A stretch of DNA of 64,000 nucleotides, taken from contig OZ024741.1 in NCBI GenBank assembly GCA_964016885.1, positions 122,264,001-122,328,000 of the forward strand. Reading direction: 5' to 3'. This DNA comes from Eledone cirrhosa (taxonomy: Eukaryota). This document shows, one piece after another, positions 1-14,399 of the stretch (positions within the stretch are counted from its first letter, which is position 1; each line of letters starts with the position of its first letter). Made by a program: the position numbers and the translations under genes. The notes below the pieces were generated by a model, which saw nothing but the letters and a program-made list of their open reading frames with translations, was not told the DNA's origin and made no database searches.

Positions 1-212
1 TCTCTTTCTTTCTTTTTTCTCTCTACCTCACAATATCACCTTCTTCCAACCGTTATCTTTTAAAACCTCTCGGACACTCATTTGCATACTCAATCATAAT
101 TGTCTATAACCCTCAATAAATGTAATATCTCCACTATCCAGGAAGCTCCAACCGCTAAGGTTGTCTTTTTTCAGGGTATGTCAATATTTATTTATAAAAC
201 TAATCTGTAATG

Positions 213-278
213 TATTTTATCTGATGAAAGCGCACCATAATTTGCTTTGGTGGCCCTTGAAATATGTATAATAAAATA
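213..278 (+). ncRNA. Type I hammerhead ribozyme in a PLE pseudo-LTR remnant (family A, copy 1)
   Basis: TATTTTAT-CTGATGA-AAG..CACCA..TGGTG..CTT-GAAA-TATGTA-TA-ATAAAATA. Canonical core, 8-bp stem I and near-palindromic stem III. Flanking repeat is shared with copies at about 2090-2250 and 39820-39995. Confidence 0.8.
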
Positions 279-1161
279 AATATGGTTTTATAAATATAGT
301 TTCCATTTATTAATATATAGTATATATATATATACACACCATTCATCTAGAGTTATTCCCCTTAGATTAGTCTGAAGTAACATTACTTGCGAAGGTAGAT
401 CAACGGGGATTAACTCTAAGTGTTTGAAATAGTTCTTTCCCCTGGAATACTGATGCTGATGAAAGTTGTACTATAAATGTTATTTGGACGTAGTGAGTTA
501 TAATTTTTAGCCTGTCACTCTCTAATACGACAAACGTATAATCAAAGTTAAGTTCTCCAGCTGTGACCACATCGTCGTATTTTAGAGAAATTTATGAGGA
601 GCACGTCCAACATCTGTATGATGATAGATAAATTTATCTGCGGTTTTTACCAGGTCGAGTAACAATCTGAAGTCTTCCTATTCCATTAAAAATCTAATCC
701 CAGTTCTAATTCTCACATCCATCCATACATACATGTACACTCACAAATATACCCATAATATTTTTATATATTTCATTGAATGTCTTTTATAATACTAACA
801 GAAAAACCACCCTTCGCGTGGTTTTCTGCTGGCTTGTGTTATGTGCCTATTGATATTATACGCAATATAAACGTTATGATATAACGATGCAAATATATGA
901 ACGTTTATATAAGCGATATAATATAGTGTCCGTTACATTATAACCGGAAGTGTTGTCACTTGAAAATGTTAAAAGAAGTGATTCTTAAAATAAGCAATCA
1001 TTATATATATGAATACTTATGTTTAATCAACAGCTACGAAATTTAGTACATAAATTATGTAAAATTCATTCATTATATATTCAAAGTAATCCAACTTATT
1101 ATACTAAAGGCATAACAAAAATATGTTCAGGACACAATCCCGTACTCCTCTCTTTGTAATA

Positions 1162-1332
1162 TAATTGTTTCTACTTTTGGCACAAGACCAACAAACCAGT
1201 ACATTACTGGTACTTTATTTTATCGACCCTTGTAAGAATAAAAGACAAAGTTAACCTTGGAGGGATTTGCATTCAGGACGTAACTCTATGGTGTAAAGCA
1301 TGGCGTCCGACCCTCTACTGATACTGCCAATC
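1162..1332 (-). mobile_element. tRNA-derived SINE with Meta-like central domain
   Basis: Reverse complement of the recurrent motif gcctttcatccttacggggtcgataaaataaagtaccagt, with the agaaacaattat tail. Confidence 0.65.
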
Positions 1333-1569
1333 TACTGTGTTTGCGTGTGTGTATATATACACACACATATATACAGTATATATATCTATATATATATATA
1401 TATATACACACACACATATAAATATGTACGTCAATACTCATCTTTTTCCATTTATCTGAGGGTTCTAAACCCCATTATCAGGCTAAAATTCCTTTAGTCA
1501 AAAATACGGTGAAAGCTATTCTATTTTCTAATTTCAAACCTGCTCACTGTTTCAAAACATACTTACTTG

Positions 1570-1625
<56 letters not shown>

Positions 1626-2148
1626 TTAAATATCTGTAAGCACCTGCATATATGGATTTAGATGTATGCATGTGTATATATGTTTGCGTGTAGGCATGTG
1701 TATTCATGTACATGTGTTATTGCATACATATGTATAATCCATCCATGATTTAATTCTTCCAATCCCAACAACCTTTCCACTAGCTCCCGATACCTCCACA
1801 TTCATCAGCTGCCTCCCACTGACCAGTTAACATTTTATGGCTATATACATTAACTAGTTAAAATTCTATGGCTGTGCCCACCACCAGCCTTTATCACCTC
1901 CTCCTATCATACTGCTACCACAACTCTGCTTCTCCTATCTTAATTATCCCAATTAAATTCCCATCTCCCACCTAAAGTCTTCCCTATTTATACTGTGACT
2001 GCCATTGAAACGTTAGTTCAGCCCTAATGACATGAATAGGTATGTAACTGTGAATCACTATATATATATATATATACGTATACAGTGAATTTCCAACCGA
2101 TAAGGTATGATTTTCATGGGTATGTCTCTATTTATAAAACAAACTTTG

Positions 2149-2212
2149 TATTTTATCCGATGAAAGCGTACCAATATTGTCTTGGTATCCTTGAAATATA
2201 TATAATAAAATA
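2149..2212 (+). ncRNA. Hammerhead ribozyme motif, family A copy 2 (core U4C)
   Basis: TATTTTAT-CCGATGA-AAG..TACCA..TGGTA..CTT-GAAA-TATATA-TA-ATAAAATA. Confidence 0.7.
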
Positions 2213-2516
2213 AATATGGTTTTATAAATATAGTTTCAATTTATTTAATATCATTGAATATTTACTCCAGTAATCTGTTGAGTGTTTTAAATCAGTTATA
2301 AACATTTATGTTTGTCGGACTTCCAACAAATTAAATACAACTATTTATATATATATATGTATTTATTAAAATAACAGATTAAAGTGTAAGCAAAGAATCG
2401 CTGCTTCACCCTTAACGGGATCTTCTGAAACTAACAAAGTCAATCTGTGAACGCAGTGATATATATTTATCCTTATCGAGCCCTCTTTGGATTTTAGTCT
2501 TCAAATTTATTATTAT

Positions 2517-2619
<103 letters not shown>

Positions 2620-2683
2620 CATCCTGGTCAATATGTATGATTTCGTACTGAATTAATCCGACTCTAATATCTAATTGATACAG

Positions 2684-2840
2684 AAAAACGGCTGTACTGG
2701 GTAGACGCCCGCTCCAACAAGATTGCTTCAATGACAACAGACGGCAAACTCCAGAATGTACTCTATAGTGAATTAGATGCCCATTACTTTGGTATTGCCC
2801 TCTCGGGCGATTATCTTTACCTCACAGATTGGTCACGAAA
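2684..2840 (+). CDS. LRP-like exon: YWTD beta-propeller repeats
   Basis: tacag|AAAAACGG..CGAAA|gtgagt. Translates KRLYWVDARSNKIASMTTDGKLQNVLYSELDAHYFGIALSGDYLYLTDWSR. Confidence 0.9.
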
Positions 2841-5342
2841 GTGAGTAGAGCAGTTTTCATTTACTCAATCTTTTCTTTCTTTGCATTATTTACTTTTGAT
2901 ACTCGAGGAACTTCGTATGACCATGTTTTCTAGAGATGGTTTATACTCCTTTGATTTCTTCGTTGGATGAAAAGAAAAACAAAAGGAGGTGGAGGATATA
3001 TATATATATACACACATATATACATATATATATATATACCCCCACCCCCATACAAACACATAGATATTCAAGCACCCATGTATATTATCTATGTTTGCAT
3101 GTATATATTGTTTTACATTAACAGTTCCTTGATGAGACTGCCAAAAAGAGGAGGTCAACTGGAGAATTTCTGGGATGGTACGTCGAAATTTGTTCGACTA
3201 AACGATATCCACGCCTTCAACTCTACTGAAATGATCTCAGGTAGGTGAAGATCTTGTGACTTTATTTACTTATATTGTTCCTATATCAGTGAAAATTATG
3301 ATTATGAGGCTTTTCACTGTGTATTTTTGTAATGATATTAAGTGAAAAAGGGAAAATACCCCTTTCAGTCAGGAATGGGCTCTGTTTTTCACCTAGAACG
3401 TTCTCCTCCGAGGGACAAACCCGGACAAGTTGCTTTTGTGGAAACGCAACAGTTACCCATGTATACCAATTTCTCCTCTCCATGCCTCCGATGTTGTTCA
3501 AAGGAAAGGTCGATAGAGTTTGACACCAGTATCGTCGCAAATCATTTATACAGCTGAATGAACTGGAGCAACGTTAAAGTGTCTTGCTCAAGGACATACC
3601 GTATCGCCCGGTCGAGAATCGAACTCATATGCTCACTATTGTGAATGCAACTCTCTAACCACTAAGCCACACTTAGTAACGCTGTACTTAATATCACTAA
3701 CATATTTTATCGCTGTGATCATGTCAAAGCTACTTCAATAATCGTTAAAGAATGCCAAATACTAGTAATCCAAGATCTCTATCTATCCATCTTTGTTACT
3801 GAGGCGAATAGTTTTCATAGTTGTTTGTATGTATGGATGTATGTATGGATGTATGTATGTATGTATGTATATATGACATTCTGCAGGACTAAAAACAAAA
3901 CCTGTCAAAGGGCAAAGGAGCTCTTAAGTGTCAATGGCCATCCAAAATCACCGGGAGAGATGACCCCTTAGCCTTTGTCAAAGTAGAATTCTAGGAGAAG
4001 GAAAACTCTGATATAACACCTGCAACTCTGATGGTATCCAATGATGTTGACTTGTTCTTCTTTTTGGTAAATATCATCTTGGTTAAGAGAGTGGGACTGG
4101 CTTTGTGCAGTGCCTTTGCTCACTATAAAAGCTTCACGGCACAGGCATTGCTTTATATCTGGAAATCTCTCTGCACTTGTCGTCACATGGTACCATGGGC
4201 CCAGCACTATGTGTCAATAATTGTCACAAGTGCAATGTTTGTACCAGAGTTTTCAAGTCGCTGGCTGGACTAAAATGTCACACTCGTTCAGCGCATCAGT
4301 AGGGGTTCTCCTACATGGATATGAAGTAGTGGCCGTACTCGAAAACGAGTTGGCAGCCACCATGTATGTATATATAAGAGAGAAAGAAAGAGAGAAAGAT
4401 TTGCAAATAATACATTTGTGGTGATACCCATAGTGTGCTTGATGCCTGGTATAAAGTTGAATTAGTACAAACCCTTCGTTATTCAGAATGCATATATATA
4501 TACAAAATGGTTGGCTTAAGAAGCATTGGGAAAATTTGAGAATGTGGGCGTCTCAAAGCAAATCATTATTATATCAGTTTGTTGGTGGATTGGCAGTATC
4601 GGTAGAAGGTCTGACGCCATGCTTTGACGCATAGAGTTACGGCCCTTGCCATTCTGAGTCCAAATCCCGCCGAGGTTAAGTTTGCCTTTCATCCTTACAG
4701 GGTCAATAAAATAAAGTACCAGTAATACACTGGAATAATTGCTGGCCTTGTGCCAAAAGTAGAAACAATTATTATAGCAGTTTGGCTCTATTAATAATAG
4801 TTGACAAAATCGGGTAAAATATCGCTACATACGAAAAGGTTGACAGTGGTGCCTGTGGCCACAGTTTCCTTTTCCAGGGGAACTTTGTCCAATTTTCTCC
4901 CCTATTATGTATACTGAGTGACTATTATAATGGTCATATTCAGTAGCCCGTACACTTTACATATTCTTATATGCATATATATATATATTTCAATTTAATA
5001 TGGGCGTGTTTGAACTGGCTAAATCCACTCATGCGTTAGCTAGACAAATAAATAAATAATCTTAGCATTACAGGACGAATACTACTACACCCATTTTCAA
5101 AAATTCGGTCATACACATGTAAATATTTGGGATAGCTACTAAATATCACACGGTAGACATTTACACTAGGCTAAAATACTGACGTTTTCACAATTGAATT
5201 ACATATCATCAAAAGTTAAAACTGGAGAGGTAGGGAATGTGGTGCGGATGAACAATTATCGCATTTCATAAGTTTTCCAACGCTGAACTGGAAATCATGA
5301 AAACGTCTAGAAAGTATGCTCCAAAAGGATACTACATAAAAT

Positions 5343-5383
<41 letters not shown>

Positions 5384-6406
5384 ATGGTAGAACACTGGAA
5401 AGTAATATCCGTAGTGGTAGAGGACGAGTTAGGTAGAAGTGGTTACACAAGTTAGTTAACCATACTGAGAACAATTGTTTCACCTTAGTGTATAACCATG
5501 TCCATTACGAGCAGAAGAACCGCTAAGGTGAAATAATTTTTCTCGGTTTTTGTGAACTAACTGTTGTGTAACCACTTCTCTATATATATATATATATATA
5601 TATAGATATATATATATATATATATATATATTAATAAAAGGAATTCCAACTTTGTCTGATTTACTCGTTTTATTTACAATCCTGTAAAATTTATAATGGT
5701 ATTATAATGAAATAGTATGGTAGAATATTAAATGTTAAGTGTTAATTGAACAAGTACTTTCATGCTTTCGCAATCTTCAGGTCCATAATGTGTGGTGACA
5801 GTCAAGTTTGCAATTTTCAACTGTTGAAAATTGCCATTGACAAATTAAGACACACACACACTGACACACACACACTGACACACACACACTGACACACACA
5901 CTGACACATACACGCGCGCACGCGCACACGCACACGTATTCCAAAGCACTGTCAGATAAATAGATTCAAAACCTTTTGTTAAACCTAAAGCACTGGCAAT
6001 TTTCCCCACGGGCAATCTTCCGCCTGGAAATCTTCCGCCCGGCAATTATCCAACTGGGAATTTTCCGTGTACGAAAAAATATATATCTGTGTGTGTCTGG
6101 AAGGCATTCCGTCGGTTACGACGACGAGTATTCTAGTAGATCCGATCATGGGAACAGCTCGTGAAATTAACGAGCAAGTGGCTGAGCATTTCACAAAAAT
6201 GCATACCCATAACGTAGTTCTCAGGGAGATTCGTCATGACACAGTGTGACAAGGCTGGCCCTTCGGATTACTGGTACAACTGGAGCAACGTGAAATAAAG
6301 TGTTTTTCTCGTCGCCGGTAATCGAATTCACGACCATTCGATCCTGAGCAGAATTCCCAAACAACAAAGCCACACACCTTCACATTTATATATATGTATA
6401 GATATA

Positions 6407-6450
<44 letters not shown>

Positions 6451-8072
6451 TATATATATTTGAGTGTGTGTGTGTATGAAATATTGCATCCGTATACATT
6501 CCAATAAGTACAATGTGACGAATAACATACTGTATATACTAAATATATAATGATAATTGATGCCTGCCATACAGGCAAAGAATATATTTAAGTGGTGGGG
6601 AAATATTTATTAAGTTCCTCCTGTCTTTATTTATTTACATTACCTTCAATGTATTTATAGTTAGTGTAGGTGTAAGAAATAACTCGAACTATCAACCAGA
6701 ACGAAACTACTATTTAAAACATATTTCGAAGGATTGGCATAAGTATCTGTAACCTGGTTTTGCTTCAATCTATTCATTTTGGTTATACAGATGCATGTTT
6801 TATATGTTATACAGATGAGTTTTAGTTTATATTTACATATCTATCTACTAATCTCTCTCTCTCTCTGTCTCTGTCTCTCTCTCTCTCTCTGTCTCTCTCT
6901 CTGTCTCTCTGTCTCTCCCTCTGTCTCTCCCTCTCTGTCTCTCCCTCTCTGTCTCTCTCTCTCTGTCTCTCTCTCTCTCTTTGTCTCTCTCTCTCTCTTT
7001 TTCTCTCTCTCTCTCTCTCTAACTTTGTCTAGTTTAATATGTAAATCTTTATATTTGATAATCTCCCATATGGTTGAGATGTAATATTAGGCTGCGCTTT
7101 CTAGCAACCAGTCCACTCACGGTAAGGCACCAATCACATTCTTTCTGACTTGACCACGTCACAGTTCTTAGCCATTTGGAATTCGTTTCTGGTGGGGATC
7201 ATTTCAGAAAAATCTTCGTCCAAGTGAGTTTGTTTCCTGATGATTTCGAAGCTCGTGAATTTATCCTTCATCGGATATTTCCAAAAGCGAATGAAATCCC
7301 AAGGGGTAGAAACGTAATCTTGGTATGTTTATATACATTTTTTCTTCTAACTTTGATTTTATACCTAATTGTGTATGGTTGACGATATATTTAATCGATT
7401 TCCACGTGCTATTGAAATGCTGGGTAAATATTCTATATCTGTTGATCGCGAATAGATGGCTGTCGTTTATTTATCTATTATTTCTTCAAAGGTGCCTTTT
7501 AATCTTATAGCCTGGTTTAATTGGTTTTTTGTGTGGTTGATTATGCTGATTGGGAGAGGAGATGGTGTATATATTTTATCAAATGATTCTATGGATATAT
7601 TTTATTGTATATATATATATATAAAGGTAGAACACTGGAAGCTAATATCCATAGTAGTAGAGCACTCAGTCCATGGGACGTGTTTGGTAGAAGTAGTAAC
7701 ACAAGTTAGTTCACCATACCGAGAACAATTGTTTCACCTTATGCGGATCTTGAGCTCGGACTGGTAATGGTTATACCTGTTTCGCGTAAAACGGACCACG
7801 GGTTCCCGAGATATGGTGTTTTCTGGGTACCTCCATAAATAGAGATAAAGAGATAGTGGTTGTGAGTGTAGATTTAGAGAGAAATATAGAGAGGGAGAGA
7901 GGAGACAGAGAAGGGAAATAGAAGAGAGAGGGAAAGAGAGAGAGCTGGTGCTGTTAAATGAAATTACAGCTGGTGACGTCACAGGCGAATACAGCATTAC
8001 TGTACCCTGCTAAATAGAAAGAGTTTCTAAGTGTGTGTGTGAATATATATATACACACACACACACACATAC

Positions 8073-8108
<36 letters not shown>

Positions 8109-11100
8109 GCACATATATATATGTGTGTGTGCGTGTGTCTGTCAGTGACCGGTGTAATTAAGTCACGGACACCCGTACACACACACATATGGGCCTTCCA
8201 ATTTCATTTTACATTATATACATGTCTGTGTATATTTCGATTATTTAAAAATTATTTTTCAAGTGAATATGACCCAACGGGTCACGGGTGGTCTAGTATA
8301 TATTAAATTTAATAGAGTATATTTGGAGCAAATGGTTGCATGGGAGGGTCTTGTAAGCCGGAGGACTGAGGAGGGCAAATTGTCAAGTGATGGTGACGGA
8401 GTGCTGCAGAAACAGGTGCAGGAGGAAGTGTATACCAGTGGAAGTTGGCAGGCGAAGGTTTGCAGCTTGTTCTCTTAGAAAAGAGTACGGAACACTAGGC
8501 ATTACGGTAACAAGCAAAAGAGCCAACAGAATTAACGGGGAAGCAGCAGAGACGGTATCTGACTATGACTGGAAAGAAGAAACCGCTTGATCAATCTCTG
8601 ATGGATCATCTAAATGAGAGTGTATATTGTAAGATTCAAAAGATCCAGTAATTCCAGAATACAACACTGATGATGAATCCAGGGATTTGTATTCGTGCAT
8701 GTCTGAAGAACAGTAATAAAATTTAGTAGCATATATTGGACTATCATTTAGTACTAAAATATCTAATGAGGTATATATTGTGTTTCCAGTATTTGTATAT
8801 TTCGTTGGATTGACAGTATCAGTGGAGCGATGGATATTATGCTTCTCGGCATAGTTATGTCCCATTTCTTCTGAGTTCAAATCCCACCGAGGTTTGCCTT
8901 TCATCCTTACGGGGTCGATAAAGTAACGCGCCAGTAACGCATTGGAGTCGATTTAATCGACTTTCCCTTCTCCCCAAATTGCCGGCCTTGTGCTTATAGT
9001 AGAAACTATTATTTACAACCAGCTGATTCTAAGAATCAGTAATATTGATGTTTAAGTTTAACACGAGGTCAGCGAATTTAAGGACAGTACAACGTTTAGT
9101 ACTTGATTTAGCGAGATTTGAACTCGGGATGTAAAGAGGCATCATAAATAATGCAAGGTCATCTGATCCAACGCTCTACCAATTCCGCCAATCGGCTACC
9201 CTATAACTATCTGTACTATTGCCAAATAGTTAATGCGACAGTGTTTCATTTCGTTCTATAGAGAGTGTCATATTCATCACTGTGTGAAGTTTGTAATATT
9301 ACCAATCCACTCATCGCGCTTTGTCATTTTTACAAGCGACATGTTTTTATAGATGTTTGTGAATGTGCAATAAGCAGAATGATATTTATTCTGTGTTTTG
9401 TTGTTAAACTGGAAATAATGAAACCAGACACTTTTATTTCAATGAATTAAATGTTGAAACATTTAATTCAGAGCGGAAAAATATCAATTTTTTCATCGCA
9501 TAAATATAATCATATATTGAGCAAAATATATACGAAGAACACGTGCACTCAAATACTGAGATATAATAATTGTTTCTACTTTTGGCACAAGGCCAGCAAT
9601 TACCCAGTGTATTACTGGTACTTTATTTTATCGACCCCGTAAGGATGAAAGGTAAAGAGATATAATAATATATAATAGTTATGTCGCATGAACCAAACTA
9701 GTTAGCGCAAATCTACTAGAAATAGTAACCAAATCTCACTAATATCACCTACCACCATTGGAAGAACGCTTTATATAATTCAAGCAGTGTATATCTTCGA
9801 TTACATTATATTATGTGTCAGCCATTGGGCAGGACACATTATATAACGTAAACATAGATACAATATATCCTGGTTTATCTTCTCATTGAGATTGAGCGCG
9901 ACATACACCAGTCGACGGTCTTTTACCCAATTTCCCTCACAAATCATGGATCGACCCGAGGCTACTATCAATGAGACCTTCACGAGATTCCACACAGTAG
10001 GATCAAACCCAGTGCCTTATGACTACGCAGGGAACCTTACCATTCGGCTTTTTTCCGTACATAGATCAGAAGTCAGCCTGCGATAAGTTGAGATGATGAA
10101 ACTGTGATATATATATATATTTTGTAAGCGCTTAAGTCGACCATAAAACACCTGGCTATGTGCCTAATCAATAAAAATCAATATAATTTACATTCATAAA
10201 TGCAAAGTGATTGATGATAATGTTTCAAGTCTATTCCTTTCTAATTTCAGAAGTCAGTCCCTGTTCCAGTGAGTCATGTAGCCATTTCTGTTTGCCGAGT
10301 CCAAGATCACAATCGATATGTGCTTGCCCAGATCATCTCATACTCTCAAAGGACTCTCGCCACTGTGTCGTTAACGATGGTTAGTCAGATTATATTCTTT
10401 TATTATTTTATTGGTTTATAGGGCGGTGGATTAGCAGTATCAGTAGAGAGTCGGACACCATGCTTTGCAGCGTATAGCTACGTCTCTTTATGTTCTGAGT
10501 TCAAATTCCGCCGAGGTAAGCTTTGCTTTTCATCTCTACGGGGTCGATAAAATAAAGTACCAGTACACAGTACGTACTGTGGTCGATTTAATCGATTTTC
10601 CCACCTCCAAAATTGCTAGCCTTGTGTCTAAATCGGAAACCATTATTTTACTGATTTCAAGCACGGTGGATTGCCAGAATTGGTAGAGCGTCGGACAATA
10701 TGCTTCATGGCATATTTTCAAACCTTCTACATTCTGAGTTCAAATCTCGCTCAAGCACGGTGGATTGCCAGAATTGTTAGAGCGTCGGACAATATGCTTC
10801 ATGGCATATGTTAAAACCTTCTACGTTCTGAGTTCAAATCTCGCTCAAGCACGGTGGATTGCCAGAATTGGTAGAGCGTCGGACAATATGCTTCATGGCA
10901 TATGTTAAAACCTTCTACGCTCTGAGTTCAAATCTCGCCGAGCTTAACTTGATCGTTTATCCTTCTGAGGTTGATAAAATAAAGTGCTAGTCAAATACTG
11001 GGTTCGATATAATCGATTTTATCTTCCCCCAAAATTACATTCATTTATGGCGAGCAAATTATCTGACGTTGGTTTCTATTTTCTTGTTTCTGTTCACTTT

Positions 11101-14100
11101 TCTGAAAGCCACCGATGCTGCGATTTATTATTTCTCGCCATTATATCACCCCTCCCACTTCCATCCTAAAAACAACAACTCCAGGGTCATGATAAGTTTG
11201 CAATTAACCTGATTTCCATTTCAATTTTCAGTTAAAACAATTTCTTGACAGTTACGAAGTTAATGTACTTTGAAAAGAATTTAAAAACTCATTTTACTTT
11301 TTTTTTCGTCTCCGGAATAATAATTGGCAATATTGACTACGGCGTTATTTACAATCAAAACAAGTTTATTTCAATCTGTAAGACTCTGGAATGGAATAGA
11401 CCCCCGTCGGTTTCGATGGTGATTGTTCCATGCGTGTGATCAACTGAACAGACCGTTCAGTAAATTACCATGTAATTGGCTGAATATTCCAGACACGTGT
11501 ATCCTTAACAAAATTATCAGGAAGATTCAGCATGATATAGTGTAACAAGGCTGATTCTTTGAACTACAGGTGTAGTCCATTCGATGAGATCACCAACCTC
11601 TTTCCGCTTACTCAGTTACTCTCAGAAGGTTTGTGTCTATACGTGGTTACAGTAAATTACACTTACTTGGCATGTCACGCAATAGGGTCAAACCGGGATG
11701 TTATGAAGCGTAGCGAAACTCTAAACCATTCTACAATTGTGTCTGTATTAAATTTTATAATACATTTTACATGTCTTTATTTCAGACCAGAATAGCTCGG
11801 TACCCGGATGGCATAGGCAGAGAGATTCAACAATCCGCCAGGACTCAACCAGAACAGGTACCACTGTTTATTTACGTGGTTCTATAACCAACATTATGTG
11901 ACTAATTGACAGTCGTTAGAACGTCGGATATAATGCTTTATAGTATACTGGAGCAACGTGAAATGAAGTGTTTTGCTCAAGAACACAATACGCTAACCGC
12001 TCCAGAGAGCGAACCCACTACATTATGATTGTATGTCCAACACACGATTTACATGTTGAGCCCATCCGACGGGCTTCCAAGCCTAATTTCATACACAATG
12101 CTTGAGTAAAGCCCGATGTAAATAAACTTTTTCCAAAATGTCACGCAATGTGATCAAACTCATATCGTAGTTATTGCTAAGCGAGCTTTTAAATCATTCG
12201 ACCATGCTGTATCGACATGTCTACGATGATCGAGCAATTGGATACCTGTTTGTTGGCTTCTAGGACAATACCGGAGATGACGTCGTTTATCATTTTGGGA
12301 ATTATGTTCGTTTGGGCTCTGGTGGTTACGGCCTGAGTTGTTTCTGTTCCTCATGCTCCTCAATGCATTTCTATTTCTCTCTAAAACCTCTCAGAAAGGG
12401 TCAGAAACTGCTTGATTCACTACATTAAAATGTTAGCCAGTAATTATTTGTATGTAGTAATTATTGGTATTTCAAGTAGAAAGCATCTATAGGACATTCC
12501 TATATACCCTTTATGGCAAACAACTCTAGTTAGTACTTTACTTAAAAAACAGTCAGAAACTGCTTAAGGTGACAGACTAAATCATGACACGGTGCAGGTT
12601 CATAATTATGTGAGATGAGTCAATAAACGTTAGGGCTTCGCATCGGATAAAGCTACTTTAGATGAAAACCGCTATGTTCCGATCTGGAGAAGGATGAGAT
12701 CCGCCAGGCTTAAAAAGTGCTACGACACGCCATGTACCAAGATCGCGCCACATACGACTTCTTCATTAGACATAACTATTACATAACTTATGTTCCAAAG
12801 ATGCAGCTGTTCAAACTACGGAAGAGCCTGCTCATAGACTTAACATGCAAGTGTCTGAGCACTCCCCACTCGCGGGCACACTTAATGACATTTTCAAGAA
12901 GATTCAGCATGATACAGTGTGTGACAAGTTTTGGGCATTCGAACTACTAGTATAACTATTTTTTTCCAGTCGAGTGGACCGGAAAAACATGAAGTAAAAA
13001 GATTTATTCTATGACACTAGGCGTCATTTTGTGTCCAAAACTGCTGTCCTTCTGCCGCCATATTTAGAAACCATTAGGAATTTAAATATTGAATAAATAT
13101 TCAGTTAACTATAGTCATACAGCATTTTAAAATATTGATATGATTGAAAATATTACTCTACGTAGGAATGGAATGGATTTCCATCGGGTTGGACTGAGTG
13201 TTCCAGTTGTTCGATCAACAGCCTGCTCTTGAAATTAATATGGAAGTAACTGGGCATTCCAAAGACACATGTTATCTTAGCTTAGTTCTCTGGAAGATTC
13301 AGTATGTGTTACGGTTGGCCTTTAGAATTAAACTTATACTACTTGTGACAAGCATCTAAATGGTTTCCGTCGACCCCCAACTTCACTCAAAAGATTTGTC
13401 TCTACACGTTTCTATAGTAAATGACATTTGTCTAAGCTGCCAGACAATGGAGTCAAACTTGAGACCTTATGATTCCGATGCTAATCTCTTAACCATTTAG
13501 TCATGCGTTCTACTTATCACAAATTTACGTCTTTGTTCACGACTGTAGGACTGAAAAAAAGGTGAAGTTAAGGAAATGTTATAAGCATAAAGGTGAAATG
13601 TAAAGACAAGTGGCTCAGTGGTTATGGTGTTCCTTTTCCGGCTGCTTATTGGTTCCTTCAGCAAGACAATATATTTCGTGTTGCTCTAGTCCATCTTGCC
13701 TTGTCAATCCTAAAGGTAAGATAAATCCCACTGAGAGATAAGCTACGGGAACACGTGATTGTGGAGTATTCAGCCACTGACTCGGTAATTTCACAAGTAG
13801 GCTATTCGACTTAGACAATCAACTAGACCACTCGTCATCGTAATCGACGGAGGTCCAGCATAAAGGTGAAATATGCCAACAAAATGATCCTAAAATATTA
13901 AATCGAGAAGAGAAAGACTTGAACTTAGTTATGATAGTGATCATAGTGAGCTAATTTCGTAATACCTACGTATTTGGAATTGCAGATAAAACAAAGTTGT
14001 TGAACAACAGAACGCTTCCTATATCTTCATTTCCGCACAAACAAGCATCAAAAGGTAAGATTAACTTTTCTTTCTTCGCCTGTACTCATAGTATAGGCGG

Positions 14101-14366
14101 CGATTTGGCAAAACGTCGTATAAAATGTTTTGCAAGATTCGTTCTGCCGTTCTGCATTCTGAGTTTAAATCTCACCTGTAAATGAAAAATATGACGAACA
14201 CCTTTAATTGACTTTTGGATCTAGCTGCGAATTTCATATTTTCTGGCAGATATACTGGCTTTATTTATATTTACGTTGGCGCACTTTCCGTTAACTACTC
14301 TCTCTCTCTATATATATATACATATATAATTTTACCATACACTTTGGTTGCTTAGCGCACTTCGTA

Positions 14367-14399
<33 letters not shown>

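Noticed and set aside
3885-4370. Moderately GC-rich stretch with ORFs of about 80 aa on both strands
   Set aside because: No recognisable motif or compatible splice sites. Probably a decayed LINE piece.
7232-7310. CTGATGA..GAAA hammerhead-like spacing (similar weak cases at about 1450, 2000, 23350 and 39455)
   Set aside because: The UH cleavage site or stems are missing. These may be old remnants but are not supportable.
10657-10938. Regular repeats resembling a CRISPR array or tRNA cluster
   Set aside because: There are no unique spacers and no cloverleaf. They are tandem SINE heads in eukaryotic DNA.
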